Origin: an uncultured delta proteobacterium
GTDB taxonomy: Bacteria; Desulfobacterota; Binatia; HRBIN30; BPIQ01
Assembly (NCBI GenBank): GCA_963761335.1
Contig: CAVXGR010000006.1
Location: 1 to 64,000 of the forward strand
Reading direction: 5' to 3'
Length of the DNA stretch: 64,000 bases
Positions within the stretch are counted from its first letter, which is position 1. Every line of letters begins with the position of its first letter. Both the position numbers and the translations under genes were made by a program. This document shows, piece after piece, positions 18,890-28,430 of the stretch. A model generated the notes under the pieces. The model was not told where the DNA came from, made no database searches, and saw only the letters and a program-made list of their open reading frames with translations.

Positions 18890-19740
18890 ACCGACCTCTC
18901 CGTTTTCTCGTCTGCGACGCCTACCCGCGCGCGGGACGCGAGGGACTGAGGCGGGCGGGAGCCACCCTCGCCGGTGTCCTCTACGAGCGTATGCTGCGCC
19001 GGTTGGAGCCCGGGGCGCAGGTCGACGTCATCTGTCCCGCCGATGCCGAGGTGGCGCTGCCGGCGGGCGCGGCCCTTGCCGATTACGACGGCGTCACCTG
19101 GACGGGCTCGAGTCTGACCATCTACGACGAGGGCGATGCGCGCGTGCGGCGCCAAGTGGATCTCGCTCGCGCCGCGTATCGCCAAGGCGTCCCCAGCTTC
19201 GGCAGCTGCTGGGCGGCGCAGCTTTCCGTGGTCGCGGCCGGCGGTCGCTGCGCCGCCAATCCCCGCGGGCGCGAGTTCGGCATCTCGCGGCGCATCGCCC
19301 TCACGCCGGAAGGGCGCGCCCATCCGCTGTATCGCGGCAAGCCCGCCGTCTTCGACGGCTTCACCAGCCACGCCGACGAGGTCACGGCGCTGCCCGCCGA
19401 GGGGCAGCTGCTTGCGTCCAACGATTTCTCGCGGGTGCAGGCGGTTGCCATCGAGTCGCGCGGCTCGTTCTGGGCGGTGCAGTATCATCCGGAGTACGAT
19501 CTGCACGAGGTGGCGCGGCTCTGCGTCTACCGCGCCGACGAGCTGGTGCGCCAGGGGACCTTCGGCGACCGCGCCGCAGCCGACCTGTTCGTGCAAGAGC
19601 TGGAAACCCTGCACATCGATCCGGCGCGCCACGACATTCGGAGTTCTCTGGGCATCGACGCGGCACTGCTGGAGGAATCGCAGCGCCTGCTCGAGCCGCG
19701 CAACTGGATCGAGTCGTCGGTCAAGCCGCAGGCTCGCTGA
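18886..19740 (+). CDS. Type 1 glutamine amidotransferase-like protein
   Basis: WTGSSL, FGSCWAAQL, SHADEV, VQYHPEY triad; TTGA overlap with the tauD-like stop. Confidence 0.85.
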   Translation: MNRPLRFLVCDAYPRAGREGLRRAGATLAGVLYERMLRRLEPGAQVDVICPADAEVALPAGAALADYDGVTWTGSSLTIYDEGDARVRRQVDLARAAYRQGVPSFGSCWAAQLSVVAAGGRCAANPRGREFGISRRIALTPEGRAHPLYRGKPAVFDGFTSHADEVTALPAEGQLLASNDFSRVQAVAIESRGSFWAVQYHPEYDLHEVARLCVYRADELVRQGTFGDRAAADLFVQELETLHIDPARHDIRSSLGIDAALLEESQRLLEPRNWIESSVKPQAR

Positions 19741-20098
19741 GAGCGACCTCGATGGCGCCGAGGATCTCCTCCTTCTCGAAAGGTTTGGCGAGAGCGGCCA
19801 CGGCTCCAAACGCCTTGGCGACATCCAGATAGCTCTCCGGCTTGACCCGACCGCCGCCGGACATGGCGATGACCTTGAGATGCGGATGGCTCCGCTGCAA
19901 GGCGCGGATGGTCTCGATGCCTTCCATGCCGGGCATGATGATGTCGGTGATGACGAGATCCACCGCGAGCTGCGTCAAGGCGCGCAGTGCTTCTGCGCCG
20001 TCCGCCGCTTCGGTGATGCGGTGCCCGGCGCGCTCCAGCGTGCGCCGCAGCATGTCGCGAAACGCCTGATCGTCATCGATCACGAGGATATGTGCCAT
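19721..20098 (-). CDS. Single-domain response regulator
   Basis: MAHILVIDDD...LVITDIIMPGMEGIETI...IAMSGGG...LAKPF. Confidence 0.9.
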   Translation of the reverse strand: MAHILVIDDDQAFRDMLRRTLERAGHRITEAADGAEALRALTQLAVDLVITDIIMPGMEGIETIRALQRSHPHLKVIAMSGGGRVKPESYLDVAKAFGAVAALAKPFEKEEILGAIEVALSEPAA

Positions 20099-22044
20099 TC
20101 GCGTTCCGGTGTTTCCGGCATCTCGACCTCGCCGTCGGCGGCAGACGCGGGCAGGTAGACGGTGAAGGTGGTGCCTGTGTCGGGCCGGCTGTCCACATCG
20201 ATGAGGCCGCCCTGCGCCTTGACGATGCCGTAGACCACAGAGAGGCCCAGGCCAGTGCCCTGTCCGGGTGGCTTGGTGGTGAAGAAGGGCTCGTAGATTC
20301 GCTGCTGCGTATTGCGGTCCATGCCCGTGCCGTTGTCGGTCACCGTGAGCCGTGCCCAGCGGCCGGCGTGCAGACGCGGGTGTGTGTTCGCGGCGTCGCC
20401 GTTGAGAGTGATGCCGTCGAGATGGACGTGGATGTGACCCGCGAGATCCTTGGAATCCTTCAGTGCCTGCCAGGCATTGGTGCACAGGTTCAGCAGTACC
20501 TGCTCGATCTGTGTCGCGTTGGCGAGCACGGCCGGCGTGTCCGGCGCGAACGTGCTGGCCAGATCGACGGAGGCCGGGAGACTGGCGCGCAGGAAGCTGA
20601 TGGCCTCTTCGACCAGTGGCCGCAGCTCGACGACGCTCCGCTGCCGTGATTGCTGGCTGCTGAACTCCAGAATGCTCTGCACGAGATCCTTGGCCCGGCG
20701 ACTCGCCTTGCGAATCTCCTCGATGCTCTCCAGCGCCGGATGCCGCGGCTCGAGGTCTTGAGCGGCGAGCGCGGCGTTGCCGATGATCGCGCCCAGGATG
20801 TTGTTGAAATCGTGCGCCACTCCGCCGGCGAGCGTGCCCAGCGCCTCCAGCTTCTGCGCCTGGTGGAGCTGCGCCTCCAGCGCGGCCCGGGCCGCTTCGC
20901 CGCGCACACGTTCGGTGACGTCCTGCTTGATGGCAATGAAGTGAGTGACTTCCCCGTCGGTGCGAAACGGGGTGATGGTCATCTCCTCGTTGTACAGTGT
21001 GCCGTCCTTGCGCTGGTTGACGAGTGTACCCTGCCAGACCTGACCGCTGGTGATGGTGCCCCAGAGATTGCGGTAGAAGGTCGCGTCGTGTTTACCGGAC
21101 CTGAGCAGGCGCGGATTCTGCCCGATCACCTCGGCGGAGCTGTGGCCGGTCAGCCTGCAGAACGCGGCGTTGACCCACTGGATGGTGCCGGAGCGGTCGG
21201 TGATGACGATGCCGTTGGCCGCCGATTCCAGGGCCGCCGACTGCACGCGCATCTGCTCCTCCGCGAGCTTGCGGTCGGCGATGTCGCGGCTGATGCCGAC
21301 GATGCCGAGAACACGGCCATCGGGACCGCAGTACGGCGTCTTGATGGTGTCGAAGGTGCTGCCCCCGCCGCCGGAGAAGGGAATCCATTCCTCGCCCCGC
21401 CATGACTTCCCGGAGCTCAGCATTTCCCGGTCGGCGCGGCGATAGGCCTCGGCCACGTCACGCGAGGTGAACTCCAGGTCCGTCTTGCCGATCTGGGCGG
21501 CCTCCGGAACGCCGGCGTAGGCCTCGAAGGCCTTGTTGCAGCCGAGATAGACGGAGTCGGTATCTTTGAAGAAGATCAGGTCGGGCACCGAGTCGATGAG
21601 CGCCCGCAGCAGGGCGTGCTCCTCGCGCAGGCGTTCCTCGCTGTCGCGGCGCCCGTGCAGCGCCAGCTCGGCCTGGCGCCGGGCGCGGTGCAGTGCCTCG
21701 GTGAGGGCGCTGACGAGTATCCCCGTCACCACGACGCTGATCCAGCGCTCGTAGTCGATGGCGGTGGCGCCGTGCGTGATCCCCGGTTGCCGAAGAACGA
21801 AGTGGCTGGAACAAGCGGCGACGATGGCGGTGGATACCAGGCCCGGTCCCAGCCCGCCGACATAGGCACTGATGATGATGGGAATCACCAGCACCACGAT
21901 CGGCGGCTCGCCGCCAACCCGGTATCCCAGGGCGAGATGAGTGCCGACGGCGGCGACGGTCAGCGCGATCGCCAGCGCATAGGTCTCGGGCGACGATCGA
22001 GCCGCGGCTGGCCCCCGCATGCGGGGATGCATGAGGTGGCGCAT
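20080..22044 (-). CDS. Sensor histidine kinase (DUF4118-like TM domain, 2xPAS, HisKA, HATPase)
   Basis: LAGGVAHDFNNIL, QVLLNLCTNA, DNGTGM, FFTTKPPGQGTGLGLS. Confidence 0.92.
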   Translation of the reverse strand: MRHLMHPRMRGPAAARSSPETYALAIALTVAAVGTHLALGYRVGGEPPIVVLVIPIIISAYVGGLGPGLVSTAIVAACSSHFVLRQPGITHGATAIDYERWISVVVTGILVSALTEALHRARRQAELALHGRRDSEERLREEHALLRALIDSVPDLIFFKDTDSVYLGCNKAFEAYAGVPEAAQIGKTDLEFTSRDVAEAYRRADREMLSSGKSWRGEEWIPFSGGGGSTFDTIKTPYCGPDGRVLGIVGISRDIADRKLAEEQMRVQSAALESAANGIVITDRSGTIQWVNAAFCRLTGHSSAEVIGQNPRLLRSGKHDATFYRNLWGTITSGQVWQGTLVNQRKDGTLYNEEMTITPFRTDGEVTHFIAIKQDVTERVRGEAARAALEAQLHQAQKLEALGTLAGGVAHDFNNILGAIIGNAALAAQDLEPRHPALESIEEIRKASRRAKDLVQSILEFSSQQSRQRSVVELRPLVEEAISFLRASLPASVDLASTFAPDTPAVLANATQIEQVLLNLCTNAWQALKDSKDLAGHIHVHLDGITLNGDAANTHPRLHAGRWARLTVTDNGTGMDRNTQQRIYEPFFTTKPPGQGTGLGLSVVYGIVKAQGGLIDVDSRPDTGTTFTVYLPASAADGEVEMPETPEREWHISS

Positions 22045-22229
22045 GCCGCGATCATCCGCCGCGATCGGCCCAATGCCTTCGCGTGTCCATGTCCCTTGAG
22101 AAAAGCAAGAGTGATGCCCGGCGGAATCGCTTTTGATGCCGCGCCATGCCTGATTTGCGTGGCGTCAGTGGATCATCTTTTCCGAGCCCAGCTTGAGTTC
22201 TGCGCGCGGCTATGCGACGGCGTGCGGCG

Positions 22230-23654
22230 ATGGATGAGGCTTCGACTGCGCCGAGTGCCGGAGGGGCCGCGAGAGGCGCTCGCGTCGAAGCCCGCCGACC
22301 GGCGGATCCCGGCCTGGTCATCCTCGGGGGCGGGCCGGCGGGCCTCGCCACGGCTTTCTACGCACGTCGCGCGGGAATTCCCCTTGTCCTTTTCGAGAGG
22401 TCCGCGAGCTTCGGCGGTCTCTGTCGCACGCTTCGCTGCGGCGATCACCTCTACGACTCGGGAGCCCATCGTTTCCACGATCGCGACCCCGAGGTGACCG
22501 CCGATCTGCGAGAGCTACTCGGCGATGAGCTGGTGCACGTAAACGCGCCCAGTCAGATCTACGACAGCGGCCGGTTCGTCGATTTTCCTCCCACGCCCCT
22601 CGGGTTGGTCCGCTCCGAAGGCTTGCGGCGGGGTGCTCGGCTCGGCGCCGAGATCATCTCGGCGCGCCTGCGCAAGCCGGTGCGCTGTGCGACCTTTGCG
22701 GAGTTTGCCGTGAGCCAGTTCGGTCCCTCCCTGGCGCGCCGCTTCCTGCTGGATTACTCGGAGAAGCTCTGGGGGCTCGCGGCCGAGCAGCTATCGCCCG
22801 ATGTCGCCACCCGCCGGCTGCAGGGAATGACGGTGAGATCTCTGCTGACCGAGATGTTGGTTCCCGGACAGCGGGCAAAGCACATCGACGGAGAGTTTCT
22901 CTACCCGCGCGGCGGCTACGGAAGGATTGTCGATGCCATGGTGAGCAGCCTGCCGCCGGCCGCTCTCCACGCCGGCCACGAGGTCTCGCGACTCGAGTGC
23001 ACCGGGGCGCGGGTGAGTCGGGTTCATTTCGCCGCCGGCGGCTCGCTCGAGGTGAGTGGCCGCGTCATCTCCACCATCCCGCTGACCAGGCTCGTGGCCT
23101 CGCTGGGAGAGAACCTCCCCGCGGCGGCGGTGGAAGCGGCCGCGCAGCTCCGTTTCCGCCACGTGCGCCTGCTCTTCATTCGGCTGGCGCAGCCGCGTGT
23201 CTCTCGCAATGCCTCGATCTACTTTCCGAACCGGAGCTTCTGCGTCTCCCGGGTGTACGAGCCGCGCAACCGCTCCGCCGCCATGGCGCCGCCAGGCGAG
23301 ACGTCGCTGGTGGCGGAGGCGCCTTGCTTTGCATCCGATGCGGTTCAACAGCTCCCAGAGGAGTCGTTTGCCCGGCGGGTGATCGACGAGCTCGCCTCGA
23401 GCGACCTCATCGACCCGGCGCGGGTCATCGAATGGCGACACCACTTTCTCGCCAATGCCTATCCCGTCTATTCCCTCGACTATCCGGGGCTCGTCGGCAC
23501 GATTCTCGAGGCGCTTTCCGCAATCGAAAACCTCCACACCGGCGGTCGCGGTGGCAGGTTCCTGTACGGCCACCTGCACGACCAGATGCGCTTCGGCAAG
23601 GATTGCGCGGCGAGCCTGGTGGCTCGCCGCCCCGTGGATGCGGCTGCCGGGTAG
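22230..23654 (+). CDS. FAD-dependent oxidoreductase (UDP-galactopyranose mutase / protoporphyrinogen oxidase-like)
   Basis: ILGGGPAGL, GGLCRT, DSGAHRFH, FLYPRGGYG, AYPVY, GRGGRFLY. Confidence 0.82.
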   Translation: MDEASTAPSAGGAARGARVEARRPADPGLVILGGGPAGLATAFYARRAGIPLVLFERSASFGGLCRTLRCGDHLYDSGAHRFHDRDPEVTADLRELLGDELVHVNAPSQIYDSGRFVDFPPTPLGLVRSEGLRRGARLGAEIISARLRKPVRCATFAEFAVSQFGPSLARRFLLDYSEKLWGLAAEQLSPDVATRRLQGMTVRSLLTEMLVPGQRAKHIDGEFLYPRGGYGRIVDAMVSSLPPAALHAGHEVSRLECTGARVSRVHFAAGGSLEVSGRVISTIPLTRLVASLGENLPAAAVEAAAQLRFRHVRLLFIRLAQPRVSRNASIYFPNRSFCVSRVYEPRNRSAAMAPPGETSLVAEAPCFASDAVQQLPEESFARRVIDELASSDLIDPARVIEWRHHFLANAYPVYSLDYPGLVGTILEALSAIENLHTGGRGGRFLYGHLHDQMRFGKDCAASLVARRPVDAAAG

Positions 23655-23659
23655 TGGGG

Positions 23660-23997
23660 GCTTTTGAAATGAAACGCGGTCAACTTCGGTCCACCACAAC
23701 CTCCGCTTCGTTGAGTTGAACCCGACTTCCCGAGGTTGCATCTGTGGCCGGGAGCGAGGAGATCATTCGCCCCGGAGGGGCGCAGGCGCGTAGCCCCGGG
23801 TCGGAGACCCGGGGATCCCGAAGTCGACGTCCGTTGGCGCCCCTGGCGGGGCGCATCGGGGAAGGCGGACCCGGGGATCCCGGGTCGGAGACCCGGCGCT
23901 ACATGCCTGCGCCGCTTCGCGGCGCGATCCCCCAGCCCAAGTTAGTTAGGTCGTGGGGGATTTGGTCGGTAAGGATGCTTTTGAAATGAAACGCGGT
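23660..23997. repeat. 21-bp direct repeats (gcttttgaaatgaaacgcggt) enclosing a REP/REPIN-like palindromic element
   Basis: Identical 21-mers at 23660-23680 and 23977-23997. The interior (about 23768-23924) has cgccccggaggggcg, gtagccccgggtcggagacccgggg and an inverted partner ending ...acccggcgctac. Confidence 0.8.
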
Positions 23998-24022
23998 TGA
24001 TCTCAAGATCCGCCACTACTGG

Positions 24023-24067
24023 CTGACGACGGTTCGACTGACGACGGTTCGTCTGACGACGGTTCGC
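24023..24067 (+). repeat. 3 x 15-bp tandem repeat ctgacgacggttcgN
   Basis: Units at 24023, 24038 and 24053, ending 1 bp before a -35-like hexamer. Confidence 0.9.
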
Positions 24068-24068
24068 C

Positions 24069-24097
24069 TTGACGGCGGGGCAAGATCGGCTTACCCT
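24069..24097 (+). promoter_or_regulatory. Putative sigma70 promoter for the small ORF/HExxH operon
   Basis: TTGACG-N17-TACCCT, followed by an AT-rich leader and AAGGAG RBS. Confidence 0.55.
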
Positions 24098-24133
24098 GCG
24101 CCGCACGTATTTACTTTATTTCAAGGAGCGGGC

Positions 24134-24295
24134 ATGGCGGACCAAGAATTGATCAGCCTTCGCGGCATCGCCGAAGGCCAAGCGGTGGAAGTGGAGCAGT
24201 TGCTGGCGGGGATGCGCGGCACTTCGGGCACGGTGCCCTGGACCGCGGGCCTGCGGGCGGTCGTGCGCAAGGACGATCCGCCAGAGGAAGACTGA
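24134..24295 (+). CDS. 53-aa putative RiPP precursor peptide
   Basis: AAGGAG RBS after tatttactttattt. Sequence MADQELISLRGIAEGQAVEVEQLLAGMRGTSGTVPWTAGLRAVVRKDDPPEED*. Below the ORF-track size cut-off. Confidence 0.7.
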   Translation: MADQELISLRGIAEGQAVEVEQLLAGMRGTSGTVPWTAGLRAVVRKDDPPEED

Positions 24296-25746
24296 GTTCT
24301 CCGGCTCACCTGCTCTGGGAGGACACGGCGCTCGAGCAGCGCCGGTGGGAGCGGAGCGCCTGCGCGCTGGTGGCGGTTCAGCGTGCCGTGCGGGAGGCTC
24401 CTGATCTTCCCGGTGCCAGGGAGTTCCTCAGCGTCTATGAGGTGGTGGAGAGCGCCGAAGCGGCGCACTTCACCCGCATCTGGCGAGACCCCGCCGCCTA
24501 TCACTGGGTGCGCCGCGCGGTGCACCTGCTGGCGGCTCTTCACGGCGCGCCGCTCCCGGAGTGGGAACGAGCCTACTGCGCAGCTCTGGGCGCCGGAGAC
24601 CCGGCGGAGGCTCTGGCGATCCACCTCGCGCAGTTCGGAAAGTTCGTGCTCGCCTTGGGGGTCGTCGCGCACCGGGAGGTGCGCCTCGCCGTGCCGTACG
24701 AGGCGGTGCTGCCGATCGCCATCCCTGGCACGGATGTCGTGCTGAGCGGCGATGGCCGCGCCGGGTTTCTGGCGGTGGCCGGCGGCCGTATCGAGATCGA
24801 GCTCGATGGGGCGCGCCGATGGCTGTCGCCGAGCGCCGCTGCAATGCGAGGCGAGCCGCGCGCCGAGATATGTCCGTCCGTGGCCGCCGCGGGAGCTCGG
24901 GTGCTTCTGAACCCCTACCTCTTTCGTCTTCCCGGGATCGGATTCTTTCGCGAGCCCGGCGATGACGCGCTCGAGTTTCAGCGGCGCCACGCGGCCCTCG
25001 TCGGCGAAGCGCTGCTCGCCTTGCAGCGGCTCCAGCCCTCCACCTTCTCGCACTTCGTTCGCGACACTCGCGTCGTCGCGTTGAAGCTCGCCCGCGAAGA
25101 GGATTTCGGAACCCTGAGCACGTCGGAGCTGCCCGGGGCGTTCGTCTGCAGCGTGCCGGCTGATCCCCTGGCTCTGGCGGCCGACTTCATTCACGAGCTC
25201 CATCACGACCGCCTGTTCTCCATCGAGGAGGCGGGGCCCTTCTTCGAGCCCGGTGCCGAGGATGCGGTCGAGGGCGAGCTCCATTACTCGCCCTGGCGCG
25301 ATGCGCCCCGTCCTCTTCACGGGCTGTTGCACGCGGTCTACGTCTACGTCCCCGTCTTTCGATTCTGGAGCGCGGTCTGCCGCGCCGGGACGATTGGCGG
25401 GCCGCAGCTCGCCTATGCGCGCGACCAGCTGGCGCGCATTCCGTTGCAGATCCACATCGGACTCAACCAGCTGCGGCGCAACGCGCACTTCACGCCGCTG
25501 GGCGCGACTCTCTTCGAAGATCTGGTGCTCCAAGCGGCCGGGATGGAGGAAGAGGCGGCGGCGCTGGACGTCGCCCTCGAGACGCCCGCCTGGACATGCC
25601 GCGCCAGCGGTGCCCTCAGGCCCGTCGTGCGCGACGGCGGTGCGCAGGTACTCACGGTGCGCGAGACGCTCCTCGATCACCTACAACGCTGTGATCGCCG
25701 CGGCGAATGCGCGGCGGAGCGCGACCTGCTGGCGTCACCGCAGTGA
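24292..25746 (+). CDS. HExxH-motif peptide-modifying enzyme (aKG-HExxH beta-hydroxylase-like); start may be CTG 24292 or GTG 24370
   Basis: STSELPGAFV, LAADFIHELHHDRL, YSPWRDAPRPLHGLLHAVYVY. The frame is open back to a CTGA overlap with the small ORF stop. Confidence 0.82.
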   Translation: MSSPAHLLWEDTALEQRRWERSACALVAVQRAVREAPDLPGAREFLSVYEVVESAEAAHFTRIWRDPAAYHWVRRAVHLLAALHGAPLPEWERAYCAALGAGDPAEALAIHLAQFGKFVLALGVVAHREVRLAVPYEAVLPIAIPGTDVVLSGDGRAGFLAVAGGRIEIELDGARRWLSPSAAAMRGEPRAEICPSVAAAGARVLLNPYLFRLPGIGFFREPGDDALEFQRRHAALVGEALLALQRLQPSTFSHFVRDTRVVALKLAREEDFGTLSTSELPGAFVCSVPADPLALAADFIHELHHDRLFSIEEAGPFFEPGAEDAVEGELHYSPWRDAPRPLHGLLHAVYVYVPVFRFWSAVCRAGTIGGPQLAYARDQLARIPLQIHIGLNQLRRNAHFTPLGATLFEDLVLQAAGMEEEAAALDVALETPAWTCRASGALRPVVRDGGAQVLTVRETLLDHLQRCDRRGECAAERDLLASPQ

Positions 25747-25777
25747 ACATTGGCGCGAACGATTCGGAGTGAACCGG

Positions 25778-26485
25778 ATGGTGCCGGCGCGGGACCGCCA
25801 GCTCTGGGAGCGGATCTGGTCCGGCTCGTCATACAGCCGGCCCGCCCGCCGGGCCTCACGAGCGCGTGCCAAGGTCGAGGCGCTCTCCGCACTAGGTATC
25901 GATCTCGCAGCGGGAGGCCGGGTTCTCGACCTCGCCTGCGGCTCCGGTCACGTCCTCCTCGAGCTGGCCGCGCGCATTCCCCAAGGCGCACACCGGGTTG
26001 CCTGCGATCGCTCCACAGCGGCGCTGCACGCCGCTCGTTCGGTCTTTCGCGTCTCTGGACTCGAGGTGCCGATCCTCCAGGCGGATGCGGCAGCTCTCCC
26101 CTTGCGCACCGGGTCCTGCGATCTGGTGCTCGCCTCCATGGTGCTGCACCATCTGCGCGAGCCGGCGAAGGCGCTATCGGAGATCGAGCGGGTGCTCGCC
26201 GCCGACGGACGGCTGCTCGTGGTCGTCCCCAGCCCGTACTCCCTGGCATCGTTCTCCAGCCGGGCGCGAGAAGCGATGGATCTGCCGCCGTACGACGGCC
26301 GGCGCTACACCGCGGAGCAGCTCGTCGGTCTGCTGCAGACGCAATTCGTCGTCGAGGCCTGCCGGTCGTGGCAGCTCGGCTTCGACCGGCCGCTCTCAGC
26401 GCTTGCCGATCGCGCCCTCGGAGCGTTGATCCCCGGCTGGGGGCGGTATCTCGTCGCGCGTTGCCGGCGCGGTGTCCCCGACTGA
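25778..26485 (+). CDS. Class I SAM-dependent methyltransferase
   Basis: VLDLACGSG, ADAAALPL, DLVLASMVLHHL, ERVLAADGRLLV; GGAG RBS. Confidence 0.88.
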   Translation: MVPARDRQLWERIWSGSSYSRPARRASRARAKVEALSALGIDLAAGGRVLDLACGSGHVLLELAARIPQGAHRVACDRSTAALHAARSVFRVSGLEVPILQADAAALPLRTGSCDLVLASMVLHHLREPAKALSEIERVLAADGRLLVVVPSPYSLASFSSRAREAMDLPPYDGRRYTAEQLVGLLQTQFVVEACRSWQLGFDRPLSALADRALGALIPGWGRYLVARCRRGVPD

Positions 26486-27175
26486 GCGACCGTAGCCGGC
26501 CGAACGGCGCCGGGGCACACGCGCCAGAAACGGCTTGGCGAGCCTGAACATGGGCTGCTCGAGGCGGCGTAGCGCCAGCCCGCGCAGGCGGTCCCACGCC
26601 GTCTCGGGGGGGAAGAGGCGGCGCAGCCAGTCGTTGACCGCGAGCTCGAGGACCAGGTGAATGCGGTCGCTGTCGCTGGCGTTCTCCACGGAGTGCGGCA
26701 GGCACACGTTCAGGTACCACGCCTCCCCGGCGCGCATGTCGATGCGTTCGCCGGCGAGCCGCCAGCTCACCCGCTCGTCGGTGAGGATGGGAACATGGAT
26801 TCGAATGAATCCCCGCTCGAAGCTCCACCGCTGATCGCAGGCGTACGGATAATCGCGGTGCGTGCGGATCGAGGCCCGCGATCGGAGGCGGCTCAGGCGC
26901 GCGTGCAGGATCGGTGCATCGAAGGACGACAGCGCGCCGCGAATGCCAGGCGCGATGGCGAGCAGAGGCGTCGGCTTGCCGGCTGCGGATCCAGTCGAAT
27001 GAATCGACTGCCGGGTGCGGTGATCGCCGTCCGACGAGATGAGCGGGATCACGCCCCATTCCGCCCGTTCACCCCCCCAGTGATCGATCCATGCAGCCTG
27101 CTTCTCGACCTCCCGGACGTCCTGGAGGAGCAGCGGGGCATCGAACTGCAGCGGCAGCCGGTGAGCTCCGACCAT
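26396..27175 (-). CDS. Aspartyl/asparaginyl beta-hydroxylase-family 2OG-Fe(II) oxygenase
   Basis: IRTHRD, RIHVPILT, MRAGEAWYLNVCLPHSVENASDSDRIHLVL. Confidence 0.85.
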   Translation of the reverse strand: MVGAHRLPLQFDAPLLLQDVREVEKQAAWIDHWGGERAEWGVIPLISSDGDHRTRQSIHSTGSAAGKPTPLLAIAPGIRGALSSFDAPILHARLSRLRSRASIRTHRDYPYACDQRWSFERGFIRIHVPILTDERVSWRLAGERIDMRAGEAWYLNVCLPHSVENASDSDRIHLVLELAVNDWLRRLFPPETAWDRLRGLALRRLEQPMFRLAKPFLARVPRRRSAGYGRSVGDTAPATRDEIPPPAGDQRSEGAIGKR

Positions 27176-27208
27176 GGCGCGCGATCGTGCCTCCGGGTCG
27201 GCTGGACG

Positions 27209-28363
27209 TCAAGCGGCGATGAACGCCTCGACGGCCGCGGGATCGAGGCGGTCGAGGCGGCTCGGACTGAGAGCGGCGAGCTCGGGGGCGGTTCGGCCAG
27301 CGATGATCTCGGCGACCGTGCGCCCGACGGCGGGGGCGATGGCGAAGCCGTGACCGGAGAAGCCGACTGCCAGCACCAGGCCTGAAAAGGCGGCGGTGGG
27401 GCCGATGAAGGGGAGGTCGTCGATGCTTTCGGCCTCAAAGCCACCCCAGGCCTCGGCGACGCGCAGCTCGCGGAGTGCGGGCAGGACGGCGCACCCTTCC
27501 ACCCAGTTTCCGGAGATGCTCTCGTCTCGCAGCGCATAACCCAGGCGATTGGCGGCGGCGTCTGCGGGCCAGCCGCCGCCCAGGAGAAAGCTTCCGTCGC
27601 CGAGCTGCTTGAGCGACAGATGTCGGCCGAGACACGACACCACCGGGCGGAGCGTCGCGGCGCGGCCGGGTGTCGAGCGCAGCATCTGATAGACGGCGGT
27701 GCGGATCGGCAGCCGGATGCCGATGCCGGCGGCCAGCGTGTCGCTCCACGGGCCCGCGGCGAGGACCACCGTCTCGGCCTCGATGTCGCCGCGGGCGGTG
27801 CGCGCACCGCGCACCCGGCTGGCCGAGGCGAGCAGGGAGGTGGTCTCCGTAGCGGTCCAGTAGGTAGCGCCGCAGCGCTCGGCAGAGGCGGCGAAGGCAC
27901 GCGTGGTCTTCACGGGATCGGCCTGGCCATCCGCGGCGCTGTAGCTCCCCGCAATCAGGTGGCCGGCCAGAGTCGGCGCCAGCTCGCGCAGCTCCCGCCG
28001 GTCGAGCAGACGCACGTCGGCGAAGCCGAGTGCGTGTTGTCTGCCGACGAAGGCGGCGAGGCGCTCGGCCTGGGGCGCGGTCTCGGCCACCAGCAGGTTG
28101 CCGCCCTGGCGATATCCCAGAGGTGCGCAAAGCTCGTCTTCCAGGTGCGGCCAGCGCGCCATCGATTCGCCGGCAAGGGCGGCCTCCGCGGCATGGCGGC
28201 CCTGCCGGCGGATTCCGCCGGCGCTCGCCCACGACGCCGAGGGCTTCACTGCCACTGCGGCTCGCTCGACGACCAGGACGCGCCGGCCCTGGCGCGCCAG
28301 GTGATAGGCGATCGAGCTGCCGATCACGCCTCCCCCGACGATCAGAATCTCGGTGCGGCGCAT
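27209..28363 (-). CDS. FAD-dependent oxidoreductase (DadA / sarcosine oxidase beta / glycine oxidase family)
   Basis: ILIVGGGVIGSSIAY, ASWASAGG, VVLAAGPWS, DDLPFIG, GFSGHGFAIAPAVG. Confidence 0.9.
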   Translation of the reverse strand: MRRTEILIVGGGVIGSSIAYHLARQGRRVLVVERAAVAVKPSASWASAGGIRRQGRHAAEAALAGESMARWPHLEDELCAPLGYRQGGNLLVAETAPQAERLAAFVGRQHALGFADVRLLDRRELRELAPTLAGHLIAGSYSAADGQADPVKTTRAFAASAERCGATYWTATETTSLLASASRVRGARTARGDIEAETVVLAAGPWSDTLAAGIGIRLPIRTAVYQMLRSTPGRAATLRPVVSCLGRHLSLKQLGDGSFLLGGGWPADAAANRLGYALRDESISGNWVEGCAVLPALRELRVAEAWGGFEAESIDDLPFIGPTAAFSGLVLAVGFSGHGFAIAPAVGRTVAEIIAGRTAPELAALSPSRLDRLDPAAVEAFIAA

Positions 28364-28430
28364 GTCCCGGTTCGCGGCGATCTCCGTTTGACTCCCTCCG
28401 AGGCATTGCCATAAGGGCTCGCCTCTGGGA

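Noticed and set aside
23660..24067. Possible CRISPR array (21-bp and 15-bp repeats)
   Set aside because: Only two 21-mers 317 bp apart, the 15-mers have no spacers, and no cas genes are present.
24134..26485. Canonical triceptide/FxsB radical SAM cluster
   Set aside because: No CxxxCxxC radical SAM/SPASM gene seen nearby.
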